A stretch of DNA of 63,841 nt, the filler included, from Conidiobolus incongruus B7586 (lineage: Eukaryota), in assembly GCA_000697335.1 (NCBI GenBank). It is 6 parts of 6 records of this genome, joined end to end, with 100 filler letters (N's around TTAATTAATTAA, not from the genome) between each part and the next. Parts side by side here need not be neighbours in the genome. Positions count along the whole stretch, not along the records: positions 30,534 to 39,245 come from JNEM01006091.1; positions 39,346 to 45,485 come from JNEM01006093.1; positions 45,586 to 54,723 come from JNEM01006096.1; 3 more parts are not named here. One strand, 5' to 3'. This document shows, in pieces, positions 38,741 to 52,786 of this stretch; the first letter of the stretch is position 1, and each line of letters opens with the position of its first letter. The position numbers and the translations under genes were made by a program. The notes under the pieces were generated by a model, which was given only the letters and a program-made list of their open reading frames with translations, was not told where the DNA came from and did no database searches.

Positions 38741-39345
38741 TAATAATTTTGATAATTTTTAATTTTTTAATTAATTTAAAATATTATATTCATAACTATC
38801 AATAATTAATTCAATTTATATCATCCAATTATTGAATTAAATATTGATATTTTTTGGTGGTTATTTATATATAAATTAATCAATATAAGAATATAATTAA
38901 TATTAGTAATATATAATAAATTTATATTGATAGTTATTATATTACTAAGCTATTTATTAGAGTTTAAATTATTACAAATAATAAAGCAAATTTAAAACAT
39001 GGAATATTATTATAACTTTAATTTTCCAATATTATTATACTTATAAAAATTATTTAGCAAATTATTGATAATATGAAAAATTAAAAAATTTAATAACTTA
39101 AGTAATTTTACCATCTTTGTTTTATTTCCAAAATATATTTTATAAACTAATATTAATCAAAATTATCTAAGAATAATTAATAAAAGGAATAATATATAAA
39201 TTAAATTTATTTAATATATTAAAGTTGAATTATGAATATAAGTTTNNNNNNNNNNNNNNNNNNNNNNNNNNNNNNNNNNNNNNNNNNNNTTAATTAATTA
39301 ANNNNNNNNNNNNNNNNNNNNNNNNNNNNNNNNNNNNNNNNNNNN

Positions 39346-39776
39346 CAAAAATACTTTTAATTAAAATTTTTATTATAATTTAAAAAGATCTATTATATTA
39401 TATAATAATTATAAAATATATAAAGCTAAAGTTATAAAAAACTTTCTAATTAAAAATAACTAGAAAATTACTATATCTAGTATATTCTTTAAACTATAAC
39501 TTATGTGATTATAATTGTTTTAGTTAATTAAAAAACTAGTTTACAAAAAAGAAAATTTTTATAGAAAATTTAATTAGTTTATAAAATATCAAATTTCAGT
39601 TTTTAATAAAGAAAACTATTTTTTAAATATTAGAACTTTATTAAAAATATAGCAAAAAGTCATTAAAAATAAAAAAATTAATAATTTTATATTATATATT
39701 TATCATTATAATTGATATATTAAATTATTTATTTTTTTATTTGCAAAAAATTCCCATAATTTGAATTATAAAGTAA
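39346..39776 (+). mobile_element. Mariner copy C, 3' part after gap, same subfamily as copy A
   Basis: Aligns to the 3' third of copies A and B (tatattctttaaactataacttatgtgattataattgtttt). Ends in the copy-A type TIR AAAAAATTCCCATAATTTGAATTATAAAGTAA-TA. Confidence 0.82.
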
Positions 39777-40128
39777 TATATTAAAAATATTAATTTTTTA
39801 TAATTATCATTAATTAAAATTCTTTTTACAATACTAACTTTATATTTATTGAAACTATAATATAAGATAATAAGTATATTTAGTTTATATTAAAAATATT
39901 ATTTAAAATATATTATTATGATTATTTATAATAATTAATTTTTACTTATAAAAAGAATATTTATTTTTAAATTTATATAACAGACTGTTTTAGTTTTTCC
40001 TAATATTTTGATTTATGTTTTAATAAAGAATTATATAAAATTATATATGGTTTATTAATTATAATAAAAATATAATTAAAATTTTAGTATTTAATTATAT
40101 AAAGTTTAATTTAATTATAATTATTTTA

Positions 40129-41448
40129 TTAGTATAGAAATTAAGAAATGGCAAATTTTCTAATTTCTGATCTTTCAAACATATTATACATTTTGAAAGA
40201 TTATATATATATAAAATATATAGGAAAATAAATATTTTCAAACTATATATATATATTCAATTTTAATTATTTTTTTTATTAAAATATTTTCATTTTAAAA
40301 TTTACACTTAAATTTAATCATGCTTAAACCAGATTGTGATTATCAAAAGGCTTTTATTTTTGTATCTTTATAACTTAACCATAAACCCTCTAAAATCATC
40401 TAAAACTTGCAAACAGCTTATAGAGATGGTGCTTTATCTAAAACTACCATATATTGCTGGATTTGTGATTTTAAAGCTAGAAGGGACACTATTTAAAATT
40501 TATCAAAATCTAAAAGACTAATTTCTACTGTCACTCTTTCACTTACTAATAAAGTAAAAAAATATATTAAGAAATACCCTTTTATTTCTGCTAGAGAACT
40601 ATCAAAGCAATTTAATATTAATTATACAAGCATGTTATATTTACTTAAGTTTAAACTTGGATTAATTAATAAAAATGTAAAATGGATACTTTATAATTTA
40701 ACAGAAGCCTAAAAGAAAACTAGAGTAGCTATAGCTAAACTAAACTTATTAAGGTATAACTAAAAACAAAGGTTTTTACAGCAAATACTTACAATTGATG
40801 AATCTTGGATTCCTTTATATAATCCTTTATATAAAAATAAAACAAGATGTTGGGTTAAGCTAAATCAATCCCCTCTACAAATTCCAATGAATAAGCACTT
40901 TGAATATAAGCAAATGTTAATTGTTGTAATAGATTATAATGGTATATGGTCTTCTTATTTAATACCTCAAGGAAAATCAATTAATAGTAAGTTATATATT
41001 ACTTTTTTAAATAAAACAATTTCTAAATGGTGTTCTCAATATAAATTAAAGACACCTATTATTTTGCATGATAATTGCAAAATACATAAAGCTAAAGCTG
41101 TAAAAGATTTTTTATATAAAAAAAATTGGAGGGAGTTACCACATCCAGTATATTCACCTGATTATAATCCATGTGATTATAATTGTTTTGGACAATTAAA
41201 AAAACAGCTTGCAGGAAAAAAAATTCCTCCAAACAAATTAAATTGGTTTGTGAAACATCAAATTTCAGTCTTTAATAAAAAGAACTGTTTTTTAGGTATT
41301 AGAAGCTTACCAAAAGTATAGAAAAGAGTTATTAATAATAAAGGAGGCTATTAATTTTATATTATTCATTAAATTTTATATATTATTTATTAATTTATTT
41401 GTTTAATTTTAATTTTAAAATTGTGCCATTACTTAATTTCTGCACTAA
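40129..41448 (+). mobile_element. Mariner (DD34D) element copy B, full length, least mutated
   Basis: TIRs TTAGTATAGAAATTAAGAAATGGCAAATTTT / AAAATTGTGCCATTACTTAATTTCTGCACTAA with TA target duplication. Length 1320 bp. Confidence 0.93.
40320..41354 (+). pseudogene. Mariner transposase pseudogene, 345 codons, no net frameshift, multiple nonsense codons
   Basis: HTH region (DGALSKTTIYCW), ILTIDESW, ILHDNCKIH, HPVYSPDYNPCDY with 34 residues between the 2nd and 3rd Asp. Stops at positions consistent with CAA>TAA and TGG>TAG. Confidence 0.9.
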
Positions 41449-42321
41449 TAATTTTTTAAAACTTTTATTAAATTATTAATTATATATATTATATTATATT
41501 AAATAATTTGAGTTTAACTTTAAAATTTATAATATATTTTATAAACAATATTCAGAATATTATATAGTTTTTTAATCAAAATAAATAATATATATTTTAT
41601 ATTAATAATAATCAAAAAAATAATATTTAAAATTAGATTTTTAAAGTATAATTAGGTTTAAATAATTTTTCTTTTAACTTTAAATTAATTTAACTAATAA
41701 TAAATATTTAATCTAAATAAAATATTTTTTAAATATTATTTGTAAAATGTAAATGATTTTTAAAAATTTATCATCAACTTTTATTAATACTAAAATATAT
41801 AAATGTGGATGATATCTAATTAATATTGATATAATTAATTAAATAATATATTTTTAAAACGAATTTACTAATAAAAAATTATAAATAAAATTTAGAATTA
41901 TTAATATTTCAATTGATCATATATATAAATATATATTTAAAAAATTAAAAAATAAAAAATTTATATCTTTAATTTTAAAATTATATTATAGCTTATTTTT
42001 TTGTAAATTTTGTATATTTAAATTATAATAAACAATATATACTCAAGTTATAATGATAATTTATATATTTTGAAATTTTTCATTTTATAAATAATATGAT
42101 ATATATATTAATTGATTATAATAAAATCAAATTATTTATCGAATATTAAATAAAGGATCTTAAATATATTCATATACCAAAAAATATATAAAAATAATTA
42201 AAATATTAATTAAAAATATAGATTAATATAATTTTTTCTAATATAATTTATATAATATATAACTATTTAAATAAAATGAATAATCTTTTAAAATTTTTTC
42301 CAGCTAGTAGAAAAAAAATTG

Positions 42322-43239
42322 TTAAGAGCTGGAAGGTATAGAGTATTGTGAACAATTTGGGATGGTATTACCTTCTCCAGAAGTCGATCCGAAATCGAAA
42401 GTCCAATACCAATTGACGCAAGCTGCTCCAAATTCAGTGTATTTAGGATTAATCATATTGGCATAATGTCCAGGTGAATCAATCCAAGCTTGTACTACTT
42501 GATGTACAGTTTTTTGGTTCCATGCTACATTTTCAGCAACGTAACGTCCAGGGTATTCGGCATTGTCCATTCGAGTGACCAATGTGCCACCATCAGAGCT
42601 TGCATGTGTCATGTTCTTGTATCGCGCTTGATCGATACTGTGCTTCAAAGCTGCTTGCGTAAGTACCGAATTGATACTTAATGGTGCTGCACCCTTGAGG
42701 GATCGTTGGTAATTCACTAAACAAGCCATTAATTGGATGTCGAATGGATTTTTTGTAAGCGCTGATAATGGTAATGGTAGTCCAGGGGTGGAGCTTGATG
42801 TCGCTACAGCTGAAGCTACTGACTTTGTAGTTGCTACTATTGCTACATTGGCCTTGATGGCTATTTCAGTCGTAGCTGCTGTAGAAGTTGGAGCACTCCT
42901 GACTTTTGTTGGCGATACTGCTACATTAGGTTGAACCGCAGTTGCAATACGTACAGGAGCTGTAGTAGTAGTTGCACGGTAGGCTCGAGTGGTGGTGGCA
43001 TGCGTTCTGGTAGTGATTCTAATAGCTGTTACACTGGGGTATGTCCTAGTGGTAGTTCTAGCATTTGTTGTGGTAGTATACCTCGTAGATATGGTTGTAG
43101 TAGAACTCCTCTTAGTTGTAGCCATAGGTCTATGTGTAACCGGCCTTGGATTGCTAATCCCAAGGTTCAAAATCAAAGCTGAAAGGTTGCATAATAATAA
43201 TAAACGCAGTAAAATTTTGACAACAATTGAATTTGTCAT
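42322..43239 (-). CDS. Secreted CAP/SCP (PR-1-like) protein with Thr-rich N-terminal stalk
   Basis: Hydrophobic signal peptide, Thr/Arg/Ala-rich region, then LVNYQR..PL..L.QAALKHS..MTH..ENVA..VVQAWIDSPGHYANM..YWTFDFG. Confidence 0.9.
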   Translation of the reverse strand: MTNSIVVKILLRLLLLCNLSALILNLGISNPRPVTHRPMATTKRSSTTTISTRYTTTTNARTTTRTYPSVTAIRITTRTHATTTRAYRATTTTAPVRIATAVQPNVAVSPTKVRSAPTSTAATTEIAIKANVAIVATTKSVASAVATSSSTPGLPLPLSALTKNPFDIQLMACLVNYQRSLKGAAPLSINSVLTQAALKHSIDQARYKNMTHASSDGGTLVTRMDNAEYPGRYVAENVAWNQKTVHQVVQAWIDSPGHYANMINPKYTEFGAACVNWYWTFDFGSTSGEGNTIPNCSQYSIPSSS

Positions 43240-45585
43240 TATGCGGTTAAAATAAATAAGCGATGATTAGCTAACTATGAACTTGCAGAAGATGAAGTGA
43301 TAGAAATCGACGATATCCTATTTATATGGATTTACTTGCGGGTTTGGGGTAGGTGTGAGATAACAGTAAGGAGTCTTTTAATTAGTTAAAGCTGTTTGAT
43401 TTGAAAATTTGAAGTTTTTTCCAATTTTAAAGTCACATTATTGAATTATTCAAAATTTGGCCCCAATTCAACAAATAGGAGGTGCATTAAAATTAGGGTG
43501 AATATTTTGTAAATAAAAATTGAGATAAAACATTAATATTTGAAACAATAAAATTTTTATAAGAATTTGAATTTTAGAGGCTTGATACATTCTATTTTTT
43601 ATCTAAATTATAGGTATCAAATAATGGAAATTTTATATATTTAATTTTATAATCAATAGCCCTAAATCAAAAAAAAAATAAATTCCAATTTCATTGCCCT
43701 AAATATTGAGCGAATATCATGCTTTAAAGTTAGCTTTTTTAATTAGTGAGGTGTAAACTTTAATACAGTATATTGCATTCGTTACCTTCTTTTTTACTTA
43801 ATATTCATTAATTACCTTTGAAATATTACTATCCCAAGGAAGTATTAAGTAGACCTATAATTTTAAAGCATAAGATTATTTTTGAATTAAATTGAAATAA
43901 AAAAAATATTAGAAAAACTTTGAATTTTTTTAATATATTGGAAGTCACACTTAAAAAATTTAATCTTGAATTCAGATAATTAAAAGTCTTTATATTTAAA
44001 TCTATTTAATGATGCATTTAAGATTAAATTATACTCAAATATATATAAATTACCTATATCAATACTAAAAAGTTGTGAATTAAGAATCCTGAATTAGAAC
44101 TAATTTGATTATCTCATATAAAGATTTATAATAATTTATAATTTTCATATATAATATTTTAATATTAGTATTATTCAAAAAAATTGAATATCCTATGATA
44201 ATGGTTAATTCAAAAAATACAAAATATTCATTATATTATTTTGTGTCATAAATTAATTTATAATATTACCAAATTATATTCAAATAATTTACAAAAGAAT
44301 ATAAAAATTCAATTTATATTTGATATATCATTGATTTCAAAGATGGTATCTCAATAAAGTATACCAATGAAATATTCCTTAATATTAGTTTAATACGAAA
44401 CTCAATCATTACGTCAGAATGAAACCTATCGTAATAACTTTTATAGTTAAATAGGTTTATTTATTATTAGATACAATCAGGAATTTTGTTTATTTGAATC
44501 AATAATTTTTAACAAATCAAAGATATTCTCAAATTTATAGTTTCATTTTATTTAGTCATTTAATATTTGAAACAATAATCGTTTGAAATTTATCAGATAG
44601 TACAAATATAGTTAAACCAAATATCTTTATCAGATAAGAATAATATAAAAATATATAATATAAAGGTGTTTTAAGCAAATTTCATAATTAATTTAATTTT
44701 ATATCGATTTAAATTTCAAATCATACATGGATTAATATTTTTATCAAAAACCTTGTTCTTAATAATATTTTATTTTTATACTAGTACTTATATTTTACAA
44801 AATTTTAATATATATTACATTATAATACTTTGTAAAATTTATTTTTAATGAATATATAATAGGAATTAAATTAAAAATTCAAGGTATTCAATCAAACGAT
44901 AATGGTAGTTTAATAAAAATTTAAAATATTTTAAAATTTATTCAAATAGAATAGAATTTGCGAATCTGTACTGTATAAATCACTTACTGAATATAAATAA
45001 ACTCTATGATATATATCATATAACAGCGCTGATCCAACTTTTCGATTTTATTTTTGTTTAAAATAAAACTAATATCATAAAATAATGGTTTTCAATAGTT
45101 TTGGTCAACAAATAATGAAAAATTTTAAATTTTTTAATCATGTTATTATAAATTTTTATTTTCCTAATATTACAGAATATATTTATTATTATAAACTGGT
45201 CTAAATTAAAATTATTTACTAATATAGATATATCAAATAAGTCTTTTTGTTTTCAAAATTATATTATAAATTTGTACCTATCTTGTTTATATTTAATGAT
45301 TTGATATTGATATAGAATTATAAATTTTTTAAATTTATTATATATTAGATTAATATAGAATTTTTATAAATTAATGATTTTAATTAAAATAATAATAATA
45401 ACTATTTCACTTATACTGTTGATATAAGATTTTTATTTATATAACAATGAAATAAAATTTTGATTTGGATTAATCTGATAAATACNNNNNNNNNNNNNNN
45501 NNNNNNNNNNNNNNNNNNNNNNNNNNNNNTTAATTAATTAANNNNNNNNNNNNNNNNNNNNNNNNNNNNNNNNNNNNNNNNNNNN

Positions 45586-46243
<658 letters not shown>

Positions 46244-48157
46244 AGTAGATAATTAGATTTACAATCAAACAATTAGATAATCAAAAGAAGAGAGCTGGAC
46301 ACTGACTAGCTATTTATATTTTGTTGAAAAAGTCCCAAATTTTTTAAATAATCAATAAATTCTATTCACTTTCTACACTCAATTTGGTCATAAATTTGTG
46401 ATATTCCAATTTTGAATTCAATTTCTTGGATTAAATCCATCATTGTTAATATTATTGTTGACATCATAGTTTATTCTTATTGGACAATGATATCTATAAT
46501 TGATTTTAATTGGCTTATTGATAATACTTGATTTATTAATCATTTTAAATTGTAAGTATACCAATCATGACAACAATTAAAATATCTTGGGAAATATATT
46601 AATTTTATTGGTTGAGAGAGACTAAGAAAACCAAGCAATTGGCTATCTTCATCTCGAAGAATTCAATTATATGACGTAAACCCTAATTACATTCAGATGA
46701 ATCAATGATGAATAATAGGTTAAATATTAATTCTTATAGTGGGTAAGCCTAGATAAATTAATCAAAGAGTAAATACTGATTTTATAAGTGATACCGGTGA
46801 TAAAATCATTTTTGAATATTTTTTTAATAAATGACAACTTGGTAATACTCATTATATATTAAACTGAAAGCAATTTCAACTTCAATCTTATTATCTGGGC
46901 AAAAACATCCACCAATCAGATTGATTCACATCAGTCCTCATAAGCCAATAATTCCATTTTTATAGTTAATTTGACAATATAGAAAATAAATAATTACAAT
47001 ATTTAATTTCTAATATAATAAGTAAATTTGAATGAGTAAATCTACGCAGTATCTTAAATTTGACTAATTTCTAAACATATGGATAATATGACAATATTTT
47101 TGGTTATTTGACTGTGAATATCAAATTTGATCATAATTTAAAGTTGACATTTTGTTGTGTTTTAAATTCATTTAACTTAATTCAATTGATCCAATTGTTG
47201 ATAATTTAAATTTAAGCTTGGTATAAGTTTATGAATCGAATTATAATCATTTAAATTTTTTATAAATCACAAATAAATAGCAATATATGAGTAATCCTTG
47301 GTAACTTGTCAATATATTTAATAAAAGCAATTTACTTCATGTGGTAAACGCTTTTGAATAACAATGATTTAAATTAAATATTTTTCCATTTTAATTGGTT
47401 TAACATCACATCAATAGAACTGAAATTAACACTTCGACTTTAGTTTATATTTATTTTTAACTCAATTAATGAGTAAATTTTAAGTGATACTAAAGTTATT
47501 ATTAGAAAGTGAGCCATATTATTCTAAAGTGGTATTAATGATGATAAATCCTTTTATTGTTAAACTTAGCTGATCGTGTTTAATCACTTCTGTTGCAGAT
47601 TAAATCAATATCAATAGATTCCATTTAAATGATACTGAGAATAATAATTCTAGCAATATTCGGATGATATAAGATTAAGATTAAATTTTCATGTAAATGG
47701 TAAATTTAAATGAAAATTTCAACAATGACAAAATATTTTATTTAAATAATTTATTACTTCTTGGAGTTCTTGGATTTTAACTTTCAAATATGTATTGAAT
47801 CCTTATGCCAATATTTATCTATGTTTAATCAAAAGTATTCAAATACGTAGTTTCATTATTGGTTTAATGTGGTTTGAAATGACTTAAGGATTACTTCATC
47901 CTTAAATAGTTGTTCATAATAAGTGACAGTCCCATAAATTTATAAAGTAATTTATATGACATGGATTAATTATTGAATGTATAATCTAATCCAAATTTAT
48001 TCAATAATCTGTTTACATCTTAATTACTTAATAAATCAAACTAATTTATAATTTTAATACCTATTCTTATTGATTAAGGTATTCATTATTCCATTGTTAA
48101 CGTAAATAATATCATATTTGATTTTTGAAATTAAAATAGTGATTAGTATTATAAAGG

Positions 48158-51100
48158 ATGATAAATTCATTCACTAATGCTCGTTATGTCGACAGAGATA
48201 AAGCTGAAAAGGAATTAGCTCAACATATTCAAAAGGCTACAACCCCCGATGAAACTCCTCCTAAACAAAAACACGTAAGAGGCTGTATCGTATTTACTTG
48301 GGATTTTAAAACTTCCACCTCTTTCTGGCACGGTATTCAAGTTCAGCCTTTAGCTGACGAAATTCAATGTTTTAAGGCTCTCATCATTATTCATAAAGTG
48401 ATCCACGGAGGTCATCCTAACGTAATTTATACTTTTTAAAATTTTAGTAAGGTTTTGACTTCTTATAATCATTAATTTAGGTCTTGAAAGAATCTTTTGC
48501 TCAGATGAATTTTATAAGGAATTTGAGCAGAAATGCTTATTCCAACGATGCTTATGGTAAAATTGAATATTATTTATTTTAATCAATTATATGAATTTTT
48601 GAATATTAGGTTATGGGCCATTAATTAGAGGTTATGTTGCCTACATTATTTCTAAACTGGAATTTCATCGCATGAACACTGAATTCAATGCAAGTTTCGA
48701 CTATAAGGAATACATTTCACTTAAAGGAACCAATGATCCTAACGAAGGTTATGAAAAGATTCAACAATTGATGGATCTTCAAGACAAGCAAGAACAATTC
48801 CATAAGATGGTCTTACATAGTTTGATGGGTTCTCCATTAAACGAATGTAAAATCAGTTCTCTCGTTCCGTTGGTTGAAGAAAGTTATGGAATTTATACCT
48901 TTATCAAGAGCATGTTGACTGCTATGCACAAACAAGTTGAATCTCATGATGCCCTTGCTCCATTGAGACACAAATTCAACAACCAACACTACAACCTTCG
49001 CAAATTCTACTATGAATGCTCTCAAATCCGCTTCCTGACTAGCTTGATTGAAATTCCCGTATTACCTCAAGATCCCCCTCAATTTATTGAAGGTGAACAT
49101 TTAATGAGAAATCAGGTAGCAACACCCCCTGCTCCTCCTCCGATAACTCCCACCCCTCAGGTCGATTTCTTCATGGAACAGAGATTGGAAATGGAACGTC
49201 AACAGCAGTTGGAAAGAGAGCGAGCACTTGAACAGCAACGTCAGCTCGAATTACAACGTCAGCAACAACAAAGAGAATATGAAGAACAATTACGTCTCCA
49301 GCGTCAACGTGAAGAAATGGAACGTCAACAAATGCTCCAAAACCAAATGCAAACCCAAGTCCATGGCCGCATTCAAGAGCTAGAATATGAAACATTTAAC
49401 CTCAAGAATCAACACGAGCGTGACCAGATGACTTTATCTTCTTACCAACAGAAGATGAACAATCTCGAACAACAAATGTCCCAAATGACCATTGATTACA
49501 ATCACAGAGAAGCCAATCAAGCCAATATCGTCAAGAGTTTAGAAGATCAAGTTAACATGTGGAAATCCAAATACGAATCCCTCGCTAAATTGTATGCCAC
49601 TCTTCGTCAAGAACATTTGGACTTGCTTAAAAAATATAAGGAGGTATCTTCCAAGGTTAATCAAGCCGATCAAGCTATCCAGTCCATGAACGTCATGAAA
49701 CAAGATGTGCAAGCCAAGCATGCTGAGTTACTAAATGCGCAAGCCGATCGTGATCGCGTGAGAGCTGAAATGGATAGACTACGCACTTTCCAACAAGCTG
49801 AAATTGATCGTTTGAGAAGGGAATTGGATGAAAGCAATAACAAAATTAATGATATTGGAAGAGTAATTTATTATATTATGTATAAATTTATATTTATCCT
49901 AACAATTAACTGGTTGAATAGTCCAAGGGTGAAGAAGTTTCACGAATTATCACTCAATTTAATAATGAAAAATCAGATTTGGAACGCAAGTTAACTGTAA
50001 GTTTTTATCAATGGATATTGATAATTTTTTAATAATAATGAATATAGGATCAACAAGCCTTAGTCATGGATTTACAAAATCAACTTGACTCTTCCAGACG
50101 AGAATTAGATACCCTGAAAATCACTAAAGATGAAGAAATTGCTGTTTTACAAGCTGGTATGGATCAAACTTTGCTCGCTTTACAACAAGTTCAAGAGGTA
50201 AATTATTTTTTCCATAACTAATTTACAGTATTAATTTCAACATTAGAATACATCCGAATCTGAAAGTACCCTTCAAAGAAAATTGGCCAGTTTGCAAACT
50301 ACCAATGCTGCCAAATTGAACAAAATCCTGGACAGCATTTTCCAAAGTTGTATCGACAAGATCAATCTCTCTGTATTCGAATTGGAATCAGCGGGAGCTC
50401 CCGGAAATGTTCACTCAACCCCTGAATCCACATTAACTTTGATCGAAGGTGTGAACACTGCTTCAAACGACTTCGCCTCAGTCATGTTCAAATTCTTTAG
50501 TGAGCAAGCTGAACATCACGAAGTCATTTCTAGTGCCATCAACTTCTCTCAATTGATTAGTCAACTTTTATTTGAAACTAAAGGTGTCACTAGATTGGCT
50601 AATGATCAAATTGTCGATGAATTGATTCAATCTGGCGTTCATGTTGGTCGCAACTCTCAACATTTCTTCGGTGCCATCATTTCTTCCAAATTATTATCTG
50701 TCCCCGTCACTCAACGTCCTGATGTTGTTGCTAGAGCCAACCAAGATGTCCAAGCTTGCTTGACTAAGGTTTCAACTATTGTCGAACAATTGGTCGTTAA
50801 GGAGGCTAGTGCAGTTACTTTATCTTCAGAAAACGAAGTTGGTGATATTGTCGAACGTGAAATGCGCAATGCTGCTAAGGCCATTAACGATGCCGCTGCT
50901 CGCCTAGAAGAATTGATGAAAGCTCCTTCCGATCCTACTATGTCCCATCTCGATCGCCAAGTCCATTCTGCTATTCTCGATTCCGCTCTTGCTATTACCA
51001 ATGCTATTGGTCGTTTGATTCAATGTGCCACTCAATCTCAACAAGAAATTGTTGCTCAGGGCAAAGGTGCTAGTACCAATGCTGCCTTCTATAAGAAGAA

Positions 51101-51569
51101 TAACAGATGGACCGAAGGTCTTATTTCCGCTGCCAAGGCTGTTGCCATGGCTACTAACCTATTAGTTGAAACCGCTGATGGTGTCATCCATGGAACACAC
51201 AGCTTGGAACAATTAATCGTAGCCTCAAATCAAGTCGCTGCAGCCACAGCCCAACTCGTCGCCGCCTCCCGTGTCAAGGCTGACCTTCACTCCAAGACTC
51301 AACAACGACTCGAAGAAGCTTCCAAGGAAGTCACGAACGCCTCCAAAGCACTCGTCAAAGCGGTCAAGGCAATTGCGGCCAAACAGCTCAAGGACAAGGA
51401 AGCAGTCGACTACAGCAAATTTGCAGCCCACGAATTCAAGGTGAAGGAAATGGAGAAGCAGGTCGAAATTCTCAAACTCGAAAAAGAACTCACCAACGCT
51501 CGCGAGCAGTTAGCCGAAATGAGAAAATTCAGCTATCACAATGACGAAGATGACTACGAGCATGTATAA
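48158..51569 (+). CDS. SLA2: Sla2/End4 (HIP1R) endocytic adaptor: ANTH, coiled coil, I/LWEQ talin-like domain
   Basis: KATTPDETPPKQKHVRGCIVFTWD, WKSKYESLAKLYATLRQEH, FYKKNNRWTEGLISAAKAVA, EQLIVASNQVAAATAQLVAASRVKA. Five introns. Confidence 0.96.
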
Positions 51570-51702
51570 TGACTATTATAGGGAAATATTTTTTATTGGT
51601 ATTTTTATAAAATGAATTTATATGATTAATAATTATTATGCTTTATTGTTGTTTATTATAATTATTATTTTGAATATTTTCTAAATCAATATTAACAAAA
51701 AT

Positions 51703-51844
51703 TTTTTATTAGTTAAGAATAATATTTTTTTATAAATTAATATAAATAATAATAATTTAATAAAAATATTTTAATTTTTAAAATTATTAAATTATTATTA
51801 TTTATATTAATTTATAAAAAAATATTATTCTTAACTAATAAAAA
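51703..51844. repeat. Perfect 61-bp inverted repeat with 20-nt spacer
   Basis: 51703-51763 is the exact reverse complement of 51784-51844. Confidence 0.9.
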
Positions 51845-52786
51845 TTCTGATTAAATTTTATTTGATTATCAACTAATCAATTTTTAATCTGTATCCTGAC
51901 ATCATTATTATTTTAACAAATAATTAAAATAATAATGTTAAATGAATTAATCCCATTACTAATACACCCTACTCCTCTCCTCACTTTTATCTCTTTATAA
52001 TTTAGCTCTTTTAGTACCTTTATTTTGGTTATTGTAATATTATTTATTAATTACAATTGATACCAATGTAACAATTTTTTGTGTTATTTGTGTTATATGA
52101 AATATATATTAAAAGGATGATTTCATTCAAGTTTGATTAATTATTTTTGTGACATGGTTTTTTAATTTTATTTAATATAAAAAGATAATAAAAAAATTTT
52201 TTATTTTGAAAATGAGTATTATAATAATTGGAGAATAATTTTTTTATATAATTAAATATATAATACAATGATATGAATTTGATATATTAAGGAATATTGA
52301 TTTTATACTATGATCATTTTTTGAAACTTATCGGAAATTTTAATCACTTTTTTTTCTATTGAAAATTTGATAATTGATTTTTGAGTGTTGAATTAATTTT
52401 TTAGGTATTATAAAAATAGGACCACTAATTAAATTTGTGAATTATAATAATTATTATTATTATGATATTATATAATAATATATTATAATAACTAATATAT
52501 TAATTAAATAAATATTTTTAAATTTATAATATAAAAAATTTATATTTTATTTTAAAAAATAATTATAATACTAATAAATCTCAATTTAAAAAAAACAAAT
52601 TAAAAAAGTAATATGTTAAACAACTTAAAATTTTTTTTAATGTCAAATTCACAAATTATTATTAGTAAACAATTTTTAAAATTTTTTAAAATTGTTTTTT
52701 AGACTCTAAGGGTTAATTATTTGTACTTTTAAGTTTTTTTTTGGTTTTGCATTTAATATTCTATTATAATAACATAATAAATTAAG

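Noticed and set aside
38703..38746. (AAT)n/(ATT)n inverted microsatellite
   Set aside because: Low complexity and expected in extremely AT-rich DNA.
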